DNA of 63,932 nucleotides, filler included, from an uncultured bacterium (GCA_964429075.1; 7 parts of 7 records of this genome joined end to end with filler, not necessarily neighbours in it), one strand, 5' to 3'. Shown: positions 18,315 to 28,856, counted from the first letter of the whole stretch. Numbers and translations: made by a program. Notes: generated by a model not told the origin, from the sequence alone.

Positions 18315-19799
18315 TTACTTTAACTCAACGGCTATGTAATAATACCCTCCCTTTCTATAAACCTTCAATAAAACATTGCCCTCTTTTTTTGCTCTTTTCA
18401 TTAATCTCCTGAACTCATTTATACTCCTTACAGGCCTTCTGTTAACCGAAACAATAACATCACCTTTTTCAAGCATTGTCCGTGCAAAGATGCTTCTTTT
18501 ATCTATGTGTATAACAACGAGTCCTGAAACCTTATCTGGTATTTCAAGTCTCTCTCTTAACTCTTTGTTCAGTTCTTTGACCTTAAGACCAAGTGGTACA
18601 TTCTTTGCGTGATTATTATGTCCTTTGCTTATCCTTTCTTCTTCAATTTCACCCTCTCTGCTTGCTATCTTTACATGTAATGTCTTTTTGTGGCCATTTC
18701 TGAAGACAACAATTTCTACCATTTTGCCAGGCCTTGTAAGACCCACCATTCTCCTTAGATGCTCCACATTCTTTACCACCTTACCATCGTATTTTAAGAT
18801 GATATCCCCATCTTCAAGGCCATATTTTTCTGCAGGTGTATCCGGTATCACCTGTGTAACAAGCACACCCTTTGCCTTTTTCAGACCAAAGCTTCTCGCA
18901 AGGGCCTTATTCATATTTTGTATATTTACACCAAGCCATCCCCTTGCAACCTTCTTACCCTTCACAAGATCTGGTAGTAATTCTTTCACCACATTTACAG
19001 GGATTGCAAAACCAATATTCTGAGCATTAGGATTAATGGCTGTGTTAATCCCTACCACCTCGCCCTTTATGTTAAATAGTGGACCTCCAGAGTTTCCAAA
19101 ATTTATCGGTGCATCTGTCTGAATGTAAATATCGTAACGATCATCACCAAGTATCCTGCCCTTTGCACTCACAATTCCAGCAGTAACTGTTCTTGAATAT
19201 CCAAAGGGATTACCCACTGCAATTACCCAATCACCAACTCTCAGATTGTCAGAATCACCGAGTGGAACCTCTTTTGGTACATCCTCCATATCAAGTATCT
19301 TGATTAAGGCAACATCCACCTCAGGATCACTCCCTACAATCTCTGCCTTATACTCATCGTTTTCACTATCACCAAGTTTGATCATGATCTCATCAGCCCG
19401 TGCAACAACATGATAGTTGGTAAGTGCAAGCTTCTTTTTTGAGTTGATTATAAAACCAGATCCAAGACTCATCCTTTTAAACTCTCTTGTGTCTGGCATA
19501 TTAAAGAATCGCTTTAAAAAGTTTTCAAATGGATCTTCATCCCAGAAAAAGGGTGAACCAAAATCGCGTCTGCGCATCTTAATCTTTTGCGTGGTATATA
19601 TGTTTATGACTGCAGGTTTTACCCTCTCTACCAGATCTGCAAATCCTTTTCTGATATCAACTGATGGTGCATCTTTATCGATCTCTTTCCAGATACTGCC
19701 TGCACTTGTTCTTTGAGCAACAGATAATAGCACTCCACCCAATATTAGAAGACCAGAACCTATTATCAACAAACCAATTTTTAGTCTCTTTTTTTTCAT
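18315..19799 (-). CDS. Do/DegQ (HtrA) family serine protease with two PDZ domains
   Basis: GSGF, TNYHVV, GNSGGPL and two PDZ domains; AAGGAGGTG SD. Confidence 0.94.
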   Translation of the reverse strand: MKKKRLKIGLLIIGSGLLILGGVLLSVAQRTSAGSIWKEIDKDAPSVDIRKGFADLVERVKPAVINIYTTQKIKMRRRDFGSPFFWDEDPFENFLKRFFNMPDTREFKRMSLGSGFIINSKKKLALTNYHVVARADEIMIKLGDSENDEYKAEIVGSDPEVDVALIKILDMEDVPKEVPLGDSDNLRVGDWVIAVGNPFGYSRTVTAGIVSAKGRILGDDRYDIYIQTDAPINFGNSGGPLFNIKGEVVGINTAINPNAQNIGFAIPVNVVKELLPDLVKGKKVARGWLGVNIQNMNKALARSFGLKKAKGVLVTQVIPDTPAEKYGLEDGDIILKYDGKVVKNVEHLRRMVGLTRPGKMVEIVVFRNGHKKTLHVKIASREGEIEEERISKGHNNHAKNVPLGLKVKELNKELRERLEIPDKVSGLVVIHIDKRSIFARTMLEKGDVIVSVNRRPVRSINEFRRLMKRAKKEGNVLLKVYRKGGYYYIAVELK

Positions 19800-19957
19800 A
19801 AGCACCTCCTTTTATGGTTTATGTCTATAAAAATGACACTTGAAAATTACCTTTAGTTAAGAAGTAATAACCAATATATCAATATGTCAAGCCCAAACCA
19901 CCGAGCAATGTAAAGGATAGCTTTTTTTCATAAAAAGGTGATGGATTAACCCAGAGT

Positions 19958-20057
19958 NNNNNNNNNNNNNNNNNNNNNNNNNNNNNNNNNNNNNNNNNNN
20001 NTTAATTAATTAANNNNNNNNNNNNNNNNNNNNNNNNNNNNNNNNNNNNNNNNNNNN
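19958..20057. other. Artificial contig-join spacer
   Basis: N run with central TTAATTAATTAA. Confidence 0.98.
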
Positions 20058-21103
20058 ATGATTACTCTCAATGTGAGAGTGATAACAACTGTAACAACCA
20101 GAAGACATACAAAGACATTATTTATCTGGCAACAGGAATCTCAAAGAATGAGCTTTTTAAGATAGAGGTAGACAAAGACGGAAATTCAACCATCAATAAG
20201 ATTTTTGATGACTCACAACTCGATGGTGATCATATGTTCAATCTAATGGATATAAAAGATGATAAACTCTGTCTTACCGATTCTGTGGGTGATAAGGTCT
20301 ATGTATTTGATTTATTAACCGATCAGGTAAAATATACCGTTGAGACTCCACAATACTCCAATGTCTTTGATTGCGAAATCATCCCAGATGGTATTGCGGC
20401 ATCGCTCTATATGAATGATTCGGTATTCTTGTGGAATGAAAACAATGGTAACACTTCGGAAATTCCCATTTCTCCTGGTGCAAGGCCAGAAGGGATTGTT
20501 AACCTTAATAATACATTGTATGTGGCAGCTACGTTCTCTGTATACAATCCAAATACACAGATGATGGATTATTCAGATCCAGCAATATATCTTATTGACC
20601 TGAGCAGTAAAACATTGATCGATACAGATAACGATAATTCAAACGGCACAACCCCGATATATACATCAGGCCTTAATACCCAGTTTGTAGCAACAGACGG
20701 TGAATATATATATTCCATAAGCACCGGTGATTATATGGATAATCTTTCTGCTATTGATAAGATAGATACTGCAACTAACGATATTGTAAAGTCAGAAAAC
20801 CTGGATAGCACATATGGTAGAAACTTTATCTTCGAGGACAACCTTTTTCTTGCATCGAGCGTAAGTCTAAATGTTTCTGTATTTTCAAAAGATGATCTTA
20901 GTGCAAAAAAGGACATTAATCTGCCAGGACAGGGAGATTATGTATATATCCCCGCAATCTCAGGGGGTAAAAACTGGATATACGTAGCATCATCTGCAGA
21001 CAATAGCATCTATCTACTGGATAAGACCGATCTATCGATCAGCGATAAAGTAATAAAAATAGAGGGTGGTAGCATCATGGATATGGTAACCATATGGAAA
21101 TAG
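20058..21103 (+). CDS. YncE-like beta-propeller protein, 5'-truncated, with a Cys-repeat remnant at its N-terminus
   Basis: Frame is open back to the gap (DYSQCESDNNCNNQK...); repeated LYVA/IYLID/IDKID blades. Confidence 0.7.
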
Positions 21104-21105
21104 GT

Positions 21106-21146
21106 AAAAAAGTAGGGGGGCGAAGATACAGGATCGCCCCCTTTTT
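21106..21146. terminator. Bidirectional terminator
   Basis: GGGGGCGA...TCGCCCCC flanked by A- and T-tracts. Confidence 0.75.
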
Positions 21147-21155
21147 CAATCCTTA

Positions 21156-21782
21156 TTATTCAATAGGTTGTAAAAACATCCCACAGATGGGACATCGTCC
21201 AGGCACATCCATCTTTACCTTCTTGTGCATTGAGCAGCCAAAATGTTTATGTGTTTCAAAGGTCTTTACAAGATTAACAATATCCCAGATCTCTCTCTCC
21301 TTCAGGGAAGATTCAAAAGAGGGCATCGCTGTACCTTCAACCCCCTCTTTGATAATGTGAAAAATCTCTCCATCGCTGCTTCCATGCTTAAATTTACCAT
21401 CCCTCAGATTTGCAGGTTTTGGATTCAGATTCTTTGACATCTTACCATCTCCCCTGCCAGATTTTCCATGACACATTGCGCATCTTTCTTTAAAGATACA
21501 ATATGCCTTTTTTAAGGATGAAGGTGTCAATTTCTGAGGATTTTTCATCCTGGTATACTCCATGTGTCTGTGCATACCTTTTCCATGGGCCAGAAGACTA
21601 TTGTCCATGCAGGTATGATTATTAACACCACCTGCACTGTTGGTTTCTTCCATAGAACAACCTGATTGAGCACCATATCTTTGGCATGAACAATTTTCAT
21701 GTGCCCCGGCGTAAGAATTTCTAAACAAAAGAACAGCTCCTGTTCCCAGAAAGATGGCTAATTTTAAAATACGTAGATTCTT
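21156..21782 (-). CDS. Monoheme cytochrome c fused to a C-terminal heavy-metal-binding domain; start codon anomalous
   Basis: CAMCH heme site, distal TAMPSF, C-terminal CSMH...PGRCPICGM; a signal peptide is encoded upstream of the track's TTG at 21728. Confidence 0.8.
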   Translation of the reverse strand, partial: KNLRILKLAIFLGTGAVLLFRNSYAGAHENCSCQRYGAQSGCSMEETNSAGGVNNHTCMDNSLLAHGKGMHRHMEYTRMKNPQKLTPSSLKKAYCIFKERCAMCHGKSGRGDGKMSKNLNPKPANLRDGKFKHGSSDGEIFHIIKEGVEGTAMPSFESSLKEREIWDIVNLVKTFETHKHFGCSMHKKVKMDVPGRCPICGMFLQPIE

Positions 21783-21814
21783 ACTCTCCTCCTAAAATTA
21801 TTTTATTCCTATAA

Positions 21815-21831
21815 GTCAATTTTTGTGCCAG
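21815..21831 (-). promoter_or_regulatory. Probable sigma54 promoter (variant -12)
   Basis: Minus strand CTGGCACAAAAATTGAC, i.e. GG-N10-GA. Confidence 0.45.
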
Positions 21832-22002
21832 CAAAAATAACAAATAATTACAGTAAGTTGTTATAAGTTATCACTTTTTGTTTTATATTATTGTAAATTT
21901 GTGTAGAATATTGACCAACCTGTGGTTTTTTGAGTTATTCAGCAAAGGATATGATCTGGATAAGGTTTGTCTATTTGAAAATTTTTGTGTTACTATAGGG
22001 AT

Positions 22003-23487
22003 ATGAAACAGTTTTTTATTGTTCTAACTATAATTATAATTTTTGGTATCGCCTGTTATGGTAAGAAAAAAAATACCATAACCTTTGACAGAGATTTTTT
22101 ATTCGGGGTTGCTACTTCGGCATATCAAATAGAGGGCAACAATGTAAATTCTGATTACTGGTCCTTTGAACAGATGGGAAAAACAGAAGATCTATCTAAA
22201 AAGGCCTGTAATTCCTGGGAGCTCTGGCAGGAGGATAATCAACTCGTAGAGGACCTTGGTGTAGATGTATATCGTATATCTATCGAATGGAGCAGGATAG
22301 AACCTGAAAAAGGGAGTTTTGATACAGATGCCTTAAACCATTACATAAAAATCATAGAAGATCTTACCGATCGTGGTATCCGTCCTGTGGTAACACTGCA
22401 TCACTTTACAAATCCAATATGGTTGAACGATCCAGAGGACACAGAAGAACATCCAGGCTGGAAGGATGCCGCTTCAGTTGAAGAGTTTAAAAAATATGTG
22501 GAATTTGTTGTCTCTCATCTCAAGGACCGGGTGGACCTGTGGATCACCATAAACGAACCAGTGGTATATGTACTTGGTGCATACGGTACAGGTAATTTCC
22601 CCCCTGGTGATAAGTCTATCTTTAACCTAAAAACAAAGATCGTTGGCGTATTAAAAAACCTGATAGAGGCCCATGTTGAGTCCTACAAAATTATTAAAGA
22701 TATAGATACAGAAGATGCAGATGGTGATGGTATAGCTTCAATGGTTGGCATAGCAAAAAATTCTATCTATTTTTATCCTGCGAATCCTCAGGAACCACTT
22801 GATGTGGATGCTGCAAACAGGCTCGATGATTTCTATAACCTTACATTCCCAAGGGCTGTTATTGAAGGTATGTTTGATGAAGAGATGGATGGACTTACAG
22901 ATCAGGATCTTCATAAGGATTGGGTAAACAAACTCGATTTTCTTGGTATCAACTACTATACATCAGATCCTGTAGTATACAATTCTGCTATCATGAAGCC
23001 TGTTGATGCACTTATGTGTGATGGAATGATAGAAAAGGTAACAGGTATTTCTCTTTCTGATCTTGGTTGTCCAGACGTACCATATGAAAGGTCTGACAAC
23101 GGTATGAACATTGTCCCTGAGGGACTGTACAGAATACTTCGCAAATTGAATGACAGTTTTGGACTTCCATTGATAATTACAGAAAATGGGATAGCCACAA
23201 CAGACGACAACAAGAGAATAAGATATATAATCTCACATCTTCAGATGATAGAGATGGCAATAAATGATGGTATTGATGTCTTTGGTTATATACACTGGTC
23301 ACTGATGGATAACTATGAGTGGGGAAGTTTTGATCCCCGTTTTGGACTCTATAGAACAGATTACAACACCTTTGATCGTAATCCAACCGGGGCATCCTCT
23401 TTTTACAGTGAGATGGTCAAAAAAAGAGAGATTACAGAAAAGATGCTGGAAAAATGGCCACCTTTTGAGGTACCTACCTTGCCCTGA
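22003..23487 (+). CDS. Glycoside hydrolase family 1, predicted lipoprotein
   Basis: GVATSAYQIEG, TLHHF, TINEP and ITENG catalytic motifs; signal peptide ending GIAC. Confidence 0.92.
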   Translation: MKQFFIVLTIIIIFGIACYGKKKNTITFDRDFLFGVATSAYQIEGNNVNSDYWSFEQMGKTEDLSKKACNSWELWQEDNQLVEDLGVDVYRISIEWSRIEPEKGSFDTDALNHYIKIIEDLTDRGIRPVVTLHHFTNPIWLNDPEDTEEHPGWKDAASVEEFKKYVEFVVSHLKDRVDLWITINEPVVYVLGAYGTGNFPPGDKSIFNLKTKIVGVLKNLIEAHVESYKIIKDIDTEDADGDGIASMVGIAKNSIYFYPANPQEPLDVDAANRLDDFYNLTFPRAVIEGMFDEEMDGLTDQDLHKDWVNKLDFLGINYYTSDPVVYNSAIMKPVDALMCDGMIEKVTGISLSDLGCPDVPYERSDNGMNIVPEGLYRILRKLNDSFGLPLIITENGIATTDDNKRIRYIISHLQMIEMAINDGIDVFGYIHWSLMDNYEWGSFDPRFGLYRTDYNTFDRNPTGASSFYSEMVKKREITEKMLEKWPPFEVPTLP

Positions 23488-25531
23488 TCCCATAGGGTGG
23501 TATGGTTTCAAGTAGATCTTCCATTTTGGCATCTTTTTTTATTAAAATATTTGCCAGTTGAACAAGCCACCAGTCATTAAATTCCTTATTTATTATATCA
23601 AGAAGCTCATTTGCCTTTCTCTTTTTACCTGACTTAGCAAGGGCTATTGCCATAAGGGATCTGTATGCTGTAAGTTCAAGATCACCTGATGCCTCATTAG
23701 CACCCTTAGAGAGGATATTATATGCCCTGTTGTAATTTTTGTTTAAAAATATCTCAATAGCGCCATTTAAAAATCTATCTTTGATCTTTTTAACTGTGGA
23801 ATTGAAAATTTTCTTTATCTCTTTTTTTAAGGTCCTCTCTTTTAAGATCATGCTCAAAAGGACCCATCTATCAAAGTTACTCTTCAAAAGAAGGTTTGAG
23901 TCCTTACCGGTAGCAATGTCGTAGATTGCCTCCATCTGTTCTGACAATCTATTGGATGGAAAGAAACTTACGAGTCTCTTTTCAATCTCAAGTGCGTCGT
24001 TGTACCGTCCAGATTCGATGTAGGCTTCATACTGTAAAATAAATGGATATGTCCCTGATATCAAAGGATTAAGATCCTTTTTTAGGACCCCTGGATCTGT
24101 GGATTCCTGTTTTCGTAGTGATACAAGATTCTGAATGACCCTTAGCCTCTCCTGTTCAGATTCTGATAGGTCCTTTTTGTAGACAACAGAGAGTCTTTCA
24201 AGATATTTTGATACATCTTCAGATGGGCCATAAAGTGCAAGTAATCCTTCAACAATAGACAGGGTTGCTCTCTTATCTGTATTATTTTCTTTCAAAACAA
24301 AACGTGAAAGTTCAACAGAACGATCTAGCTTAAGATTTGTGGTATAATAGATATGTAGCAGGTGCCTTGTCAGTATGTTATCTGGAGCCTTTTTATAGGA
24401 GATATCAAGATAATGCATGGCCTCTTTATATTCACCACGAAAGAGCTTATATATCGCAAATATATCTGCAATAAAGACATCTGACTTAGCTAAATCTTCA
24501 GAATTAATAGATGCAAAGATTGTATCTGCCTTAGTGAGATCCCTACCAAGTAGATACAGTAAAAGCATGCAGGATTTTTTGATCTTCTCATTTTTATCTG
24601 ATAATTTTGAAACAAGCTGGTTTAGTTTATCAATATGTTCTTTTTTTAGGCCAGCCTTTAAGAGTATTGAATCTATAAATTCAATCTTGAATTCAGCAAA
24701 TATTGTAAAATCTGTCTCACCTGTGAGTTTTTGTACTTTTTTTATATCCCCCTTGATCTTATCTATGTCATTAGTATTGAGGGAAGTTAGATGAGTATCT
24801 ATCTCTTTTTTAAGTTTGTCAGCCTCTCTTTTTATCTTTTTTTTGTACGAGGAATAATATAAAAAGCCTGCCATAATAACCAGAATAAAAACAACAACAA
24901 AAACAGGCCACCTCTTTTTCTTTAGTGCAATATCTTCCAGATCTGTCTCGGTATCTTTCGCTTCTGACCTTACCTCTGAGACCATATCTTCTTTTGCACT
25001 TGATTTTTGTTGGTCTTTTGTCTCTCTTTGATCAGGCTCTTCAGATTGTCTGTTGGGCTCTATTTGACTGGCTTCTTTTGATTTTCCCCTGGTTGGCATC
25101 ATAATCTGTTTTGTTATCTCCTTCAGGTTTGTTGCAGCCTCCTCGAGTATGGTAAGTGCCCTGTGGTTTGATGGATCTTTTTCTAAGATCTCCCGACATA
25201 GATCTGTTGCACCCTCAAAGTCAGAAGCGTAGAGCAGGATCTCAGCCATTCTTAGATCATCTTCAAGACTGTTGGCCTTAAGGAGCCTAAGTCTTTTCAG
25301 ACAGTCGAGTTCGAGTTTGTATTTCCCTTGCTTTCTGTATATTTCTGCCTGTAGACGAACAGGCTCTGGATTGTCAGGGTAGTTTCTCATACCCCGTTTA
25401 AGCACAACAATTGCTTCAATCAACCTACCTCTTTCTATGTAGGCCTTTGCAAGCCTGATATAGACATCAGATTTTGGATTTGATGTAAACTCTTGCTCTA
25501 ACTCTTCTATTTCGATGTCCCTATCCTTCAT
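23474..25531 (-). CDS. Membrane-anchored TPR protein
   Basis: N-terminal TPRs, charged linker, single TM (WPVFVVVFILVIMAGFLYY), helical C-terminal region. Confidence 0.75.
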   Translation of the reverse strand: MKDRDIEIEELEQEFTSNPKSDVYIRLAKAYIERGRLIEAIVVLKRGMRNYPDNPEPVRLQAEIYRKQGKYKLELDCLKRLRLLKANSLEDDLRMAEILLYASDFEGATDLCREILEKDPSNHRALTILEEAATNLKEITKQIMMPTRGKSKEASQIEPNRQSEEPDQRETKDQQKSSAKEDMVSEVRSEAKDTETDLEDIALKKKRWPVFVVVFILVIMAGFLYYSSYKKKIKREADKLKKEIDTHLTSLNTNDIDKIKGDIKKVQKLTGETDFTIFAEFKIEFIDSILLKAGLKKEHIDKLNQLVSKLSDKNEKIKKSCMLLLYLLGRDLTKADTIFASINSEDLAKSDVFIADIFAIYKLFRGEYKEAMHYLDISYKKAPDNILTRHLLHIYYTTNLKLDRSVELSRFVLKENNTDKRATLSIVEGLLALYGPSEDVSKYLERLSVVYKKDLSESEQERLRVIQNLVSLRKQESTDPGVLKKDLNPLISGTYPFILQYEAYIESGRYNDALEIEKRLVSFFPSNRLSEQMEAIYDIATGKDSNLLLKSNFDRWVLLSMILKERTLKKEIKKIFNSTVKKIKDRFLNGAIEIFLNKNYNRAYNILSKGANEASGDLELTAYRSLMAIALAKSGKKRKANELLDIINKEFNDWWLVQLANILIKKDAKMEDLLETIPPYGIRAR

Positions 25532-25543
25532 AGTTCATCCATG

Positions 25544-25996
25544 TCAATTCAATATGTCATTTATTCTTTTTTTTACTCTATAAAGCCAGGCTTCTGCATC
25601 CTTCCCCTCCCTGTTGTATCTTAGAAGAAGGGCAAGTAAAAGGGGTGGTGTGAGCTCCTTTTCAGGATCAAAAATCCTTTTAGATATTGCTATTTCATAC
25701 CTGTATTTGAACTCAAAGTTTTCATCGGTCATAATAAAAAAGCCTCTGTCTGACTTAACCTTTAAAGAGGTGGTAATGTCTTTCAACCAGCTTATCATAC
25801 CCTGACAGAAACACAGTACATCACTACCATTGAATAGTCTGTTTCGATTCAGATCTCTTAGAATCTTCATTGATATTGATACACTGAACCTCTTTTCGGC
25901 AGGTATCATTTTGTATTTGTTGTAGACAAGTTCGACTAAATTCCTATATTCATCCATCAGTTCAAAATCATACATAACATCTCTATACAAGAGCAT
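25544..25996 (-). CDS. Hypothetical protein
   Basis: 150-aa ORF immediately upstream of, and co-oriented with, the TPR gene. Confidence 0.55.
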   Translation of the reverse strand: MLLYRDVMYDFELMDEYRNLVELVYNKYKMIPAEKRFSVSISMKILRDLNRNRLFNGSDVLCFCQGMISWLKDITTSLKVKSDRGFFIMTDENFEFKYRYEIAISKRIFDPEKELTPPLLLALLLRYNREGKDAEAWLYRVKKRINDILN

Positions 25997-26076
25997 AGCT
26001 CTTTTTTCAACATATAGTAGATATTTTTTTGACTGCTGTTGTAAGCTGTGTTATTCTCTTTTTGACGAGGAGTGGT

Positions 26077-27498
26077 GTGAAAGACATCTTAAAAGGAAAT
26101 CAGGATCGTCTATACCATGGTATAGGTAGGTCTAAAAAGCCCAGAAAAGGCCATGGTGATAGTATTAACCCTGCCTATTTTAGGGTAATTCTGGTCCTTA
26201 TAGCCCTCTTTCTGACCTACTTTGTATTCTTTAGATACCCTATCCCCAAAGAGGTCAAAAATGTGCTTATTAAGCAAAAGAATGTAAATAAGGTTACAGC
26301 AACAAAAGAGTCAGCACAAAAAAAATCAGATAAAAATATGCCAAAGGCAGCCTATACCAGAAAGGAGGTAAAAAAATCCAAAAAAGATAAGGAGAGAAAC
26401 AGGATTATCAGGGGTAAACTCAGGAGAAACGAATTTGTATTTGAAGTACTTCTTAAAAATGGAGTTGATCCTCAAACAGCAGAACTTACTTTAAATGCAT
26501 TGAGAAACAAGTTTGATTTTAAGAATTCAAGGCCTGGGGATGAGTATATAATTGAGTTCAATCCAGAAGGGGTATTTCTCCGCTTTGAATTTATACCAGA
26601 TATTGAAACACGATACATAGTTACCCGAAAAGACAAAAACACATTCATAGGCAAAAAGGTAATAACACCCCTTGATAAAGAGGTAAAGCTAATCACAGGC
26701 TCTATAAAGGATAGCCTCTATTCTGCCCTTTTAGCGCTCAACGAAAACTACACACTGATCAATGGATTTATGGAGATATTCATGTACCAGATCGATTTCT
26801 TCAGAGAGGTGAGATCGGGTGATCGTTTCACTATCCTTGTTGAAAAATACTACAAGGATGGCAAATTTATCCATTATGGCCATATACTTGCTGCTTTTTA
26901 TGATGGTAGGATCACCGGTAAATTAAGGGCCTATAGATACAACAAAGGATACTATGATGAGAAAGGAAGATCGATGCGAAAGGCCTTCTTAAGAGCTCCT
27001 CTTGAATTCTTTAGAGTATCATCAAGGTATGGTTTTAGAAGACATCCAATCCTTGGCTATACAAAGTTTCATAATGGCATTGATTATGCTGCTCCTTATG
27101 GGACAAAGATCTATGCTGCAGCAGATGGTATTGTTGAATTTGCAGGTTTTAAAGGACCTAATGGGAATCTTGTTGTCATAAGACATCCAAATGGTATTGA
27201 AACCGCCTATGCACACATGAAGCGTATTGCAAGGGGCATCAGGCCCGGAGTGAGGGTAAAACAGAAGCAGGTTATAGGTTATGTCGGCTCTACAGGAAGA
27301 TCCACAGGGCCACATCTTCACTTTGGCATGAAGGTAAACGGTCACTTTGTCAATCCGGACAAACAACTAAAACGTATGCCAAGAGGTAAACCACTGAGGG
27401 GTCAGGATCTCAAAAAATTCAAAAAAATCGTAAAGAAGTATGATGGTATTATCACAGGAAGACTCGGCCTTTCTCAGGCTGAGAGTGCGCCCAATTAA
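26077..27498 (+). CDS. M23 family peptidoglycan DD-endopeptidase (MepM/Csd3-like)
   Basis: HNGID, YAHM and STGPHLH Zn motifs; TM anchor; GTG 26077 follows GAGGAG and TTGACT-N17-TATTCT (26029-26057). Confidence 0.92.
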   Translation: MKDILKGNQDRLYHGIGRSKKPRKGHGDSINPAYFRVILVLIALFLTYFVFFRYPIPKEVKNVLIKQKNVNKVTATKESAQKKSDKNMPKAAYTRKEVKKSKKDKERNRIIRGKLRRNEFVFEVLLKNGVDPQTAELTLNALRNKFDFKNSRPGDEYIIEFNPEGVFLRFEFIPDIETRYIVTRKDKNTFIGKKVITPLDKEVKLITGSIKDSLYSALLALNENYTLINGFMEIFMYQIDFFREVRSGDRFTILVEKYYKDGKFIHYGHILAAFYDGRITGKLRAYRYNKGYYDEKGRSMRKAFLRAPLEFFRVSSRYGFRRHPILGYTKFHNGIDYAAPYGTKIYAAADGIVEFAGFKGPNGNLVVIRHPNGIETAYAHMKRIARGIRPGVRVKQKQVIGYVGSTGRSTGPHLHFGMKVNGHFVNPDKQLKRMPRGKPLRGQDLKKFKKIVKKYDGIITGRLGLSQAESAPN

Positions 27499-28856
27499 TC
27501 TATCTTATACTTTTCGAGCCTGTGTCTTAACGATCTGAAAGTTATCCCGAGTAGTTCTGCTGCCCTTACCTTCACTCCCTTTGCCTTTCGCAATGCCTCT
27601 TTTATAAGACCCTTTTCTATACCTTCGATGTAGCTATCAAGATCTTTTGATCCCTTGTTAAAGTCAGCCCATAACTTTTTGGACTGCTCCTCTTCGAAGA
27701 CCTCACCACCTCCTATCAACTCATAAGGTAGGCTTGAAACAGAAAGATAGTTTTTATTTTCAAAGGAAACGCCCCTTTCGATAATATTTTCAAGTTCCCT
27801 TACATTACCGGGGAAATAGTAGTTGAGTAGTATTTCCATCGCCTCTTTTGATATACTATCTATCTTTTTGTTGAACAGTGCTGCATACTTTTTTAAAAAG
27901 TAGTATGCAAGTTCTGGAATATCCTCCTTTCTCTCCCTAAGAGGTTTAATATATATTCTTACTACGTTTAATCTGTAGAATAGATCTTCTCTAAAATTCC
28001 CTTTTTTTACCTCCTGTTCTAAGTCTCTGTTGGTTGCTGCAATTATCCTGACAGATATTGGGCGACTTTTATTTTCACCAACCCTTCTGATAGCCCTCTC
28101 TTCAATCACCCTCAATAGCTTTACCTGGACAGAAAGAGGAAGTTCTCCTATTTCATCAAGAAATATTATACCTCCGTTGGCCTCTTCAAACATTCCCACC
28201 TTATCCTGAGTAGCACCTGTAAAAGAGCCTTTGACATGGCCAAAAAGCTCAGACTCAAAAAGGCCTTCAGGGATTGCTGCACAGTTTACAGCAACAAAAG
28301 GGCCCTTAGAGTATCTTCCCTTTTGGTGTATAAGTCTTGCTACTAATTCCTTGCCAGTACCACTTTCTCCCTGAATCAGGACATTATTTGGCAGATCCTT
28401 TATTGTATTTATAGCAAATAGGATGTTCTTTACTGCCTCGCTTTTCCCAATGAAGGTATTATAATCCTCTGTAGTTCCAACAATATTTGTTTTTTTATAG
28501 GCATGTCGTACAACCTCAAGAAGGTTTATATTGTCAAAGGGTTTTGTAATATAGTCGTATGCACCCAGCTGTATTGACTTAATGGCGAGATCTGTTGTGC
28601 TGAATGCGGTTATCATTATGATCTCTGTCTCAGGGTACTTATCTTTGATGATCTTTAATAATTCAAGACCATCACCATCTTTCAGTTTGACATCGAGTAA
28701 CACAACAGAGGGTCTGATTTCATCGATCTTTTTCATTCCTTCGGAAAAACCGTATGCAACATCACTCTTATAACCTTCATTTGATAGCAATATCTGAATA
28801 AAATTGCAGAGATTAACGTCATCATCGATGATAAGGATCCTTTCATCAATACCCAT
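27495..28856 (-). CDS. Sigma54-dependent response regulator (NtrC family, PilR-like)
   Basis: Receiver domain, GESGTGKE, GSFTGA, C-terminal AAELLGITFRSLRHRLEKY typical of PilR. Confidence 0.9.
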   Translation of the reverse strand: MGIDERILIIDDDVNLCNFIQILLSNEGYKSDVAYGFSEGMKKIDEIRPSVVLLDVKLKDGDGLELLKIIKDKYPETEIIMITAFSTTDLAIKSIQLGAYDYITKPFDNINLLEVVRHAYKKTNIVGTTEDYNTFIGKSEAVKNILFAINTIKDLPNNVLIQGESGTGKELVARLIHQKGRYSKGPFVAVNCAAIPEGLFESELFGHVKGSFTGATQDKVGMFEEANGGIIFLDEIGELPLSVQVKLLRVIEERAIRRVGENKSRPISVRIIAATNRDLEQEVKKGNFREDLFYRLNVVRIYIKPLRERKEDIPELAYYFLKKYAALFNKKIDSISKEAMEILLNYYFPGNVRELENIIERGVSFENKNYLSVSSLPYELIGGGEVFEEEQSKKLWADFNKGSKDLDSYIEGIEKGLIKEALRKAKGVKVRAAELLGITFRSLRHRLEKYKID

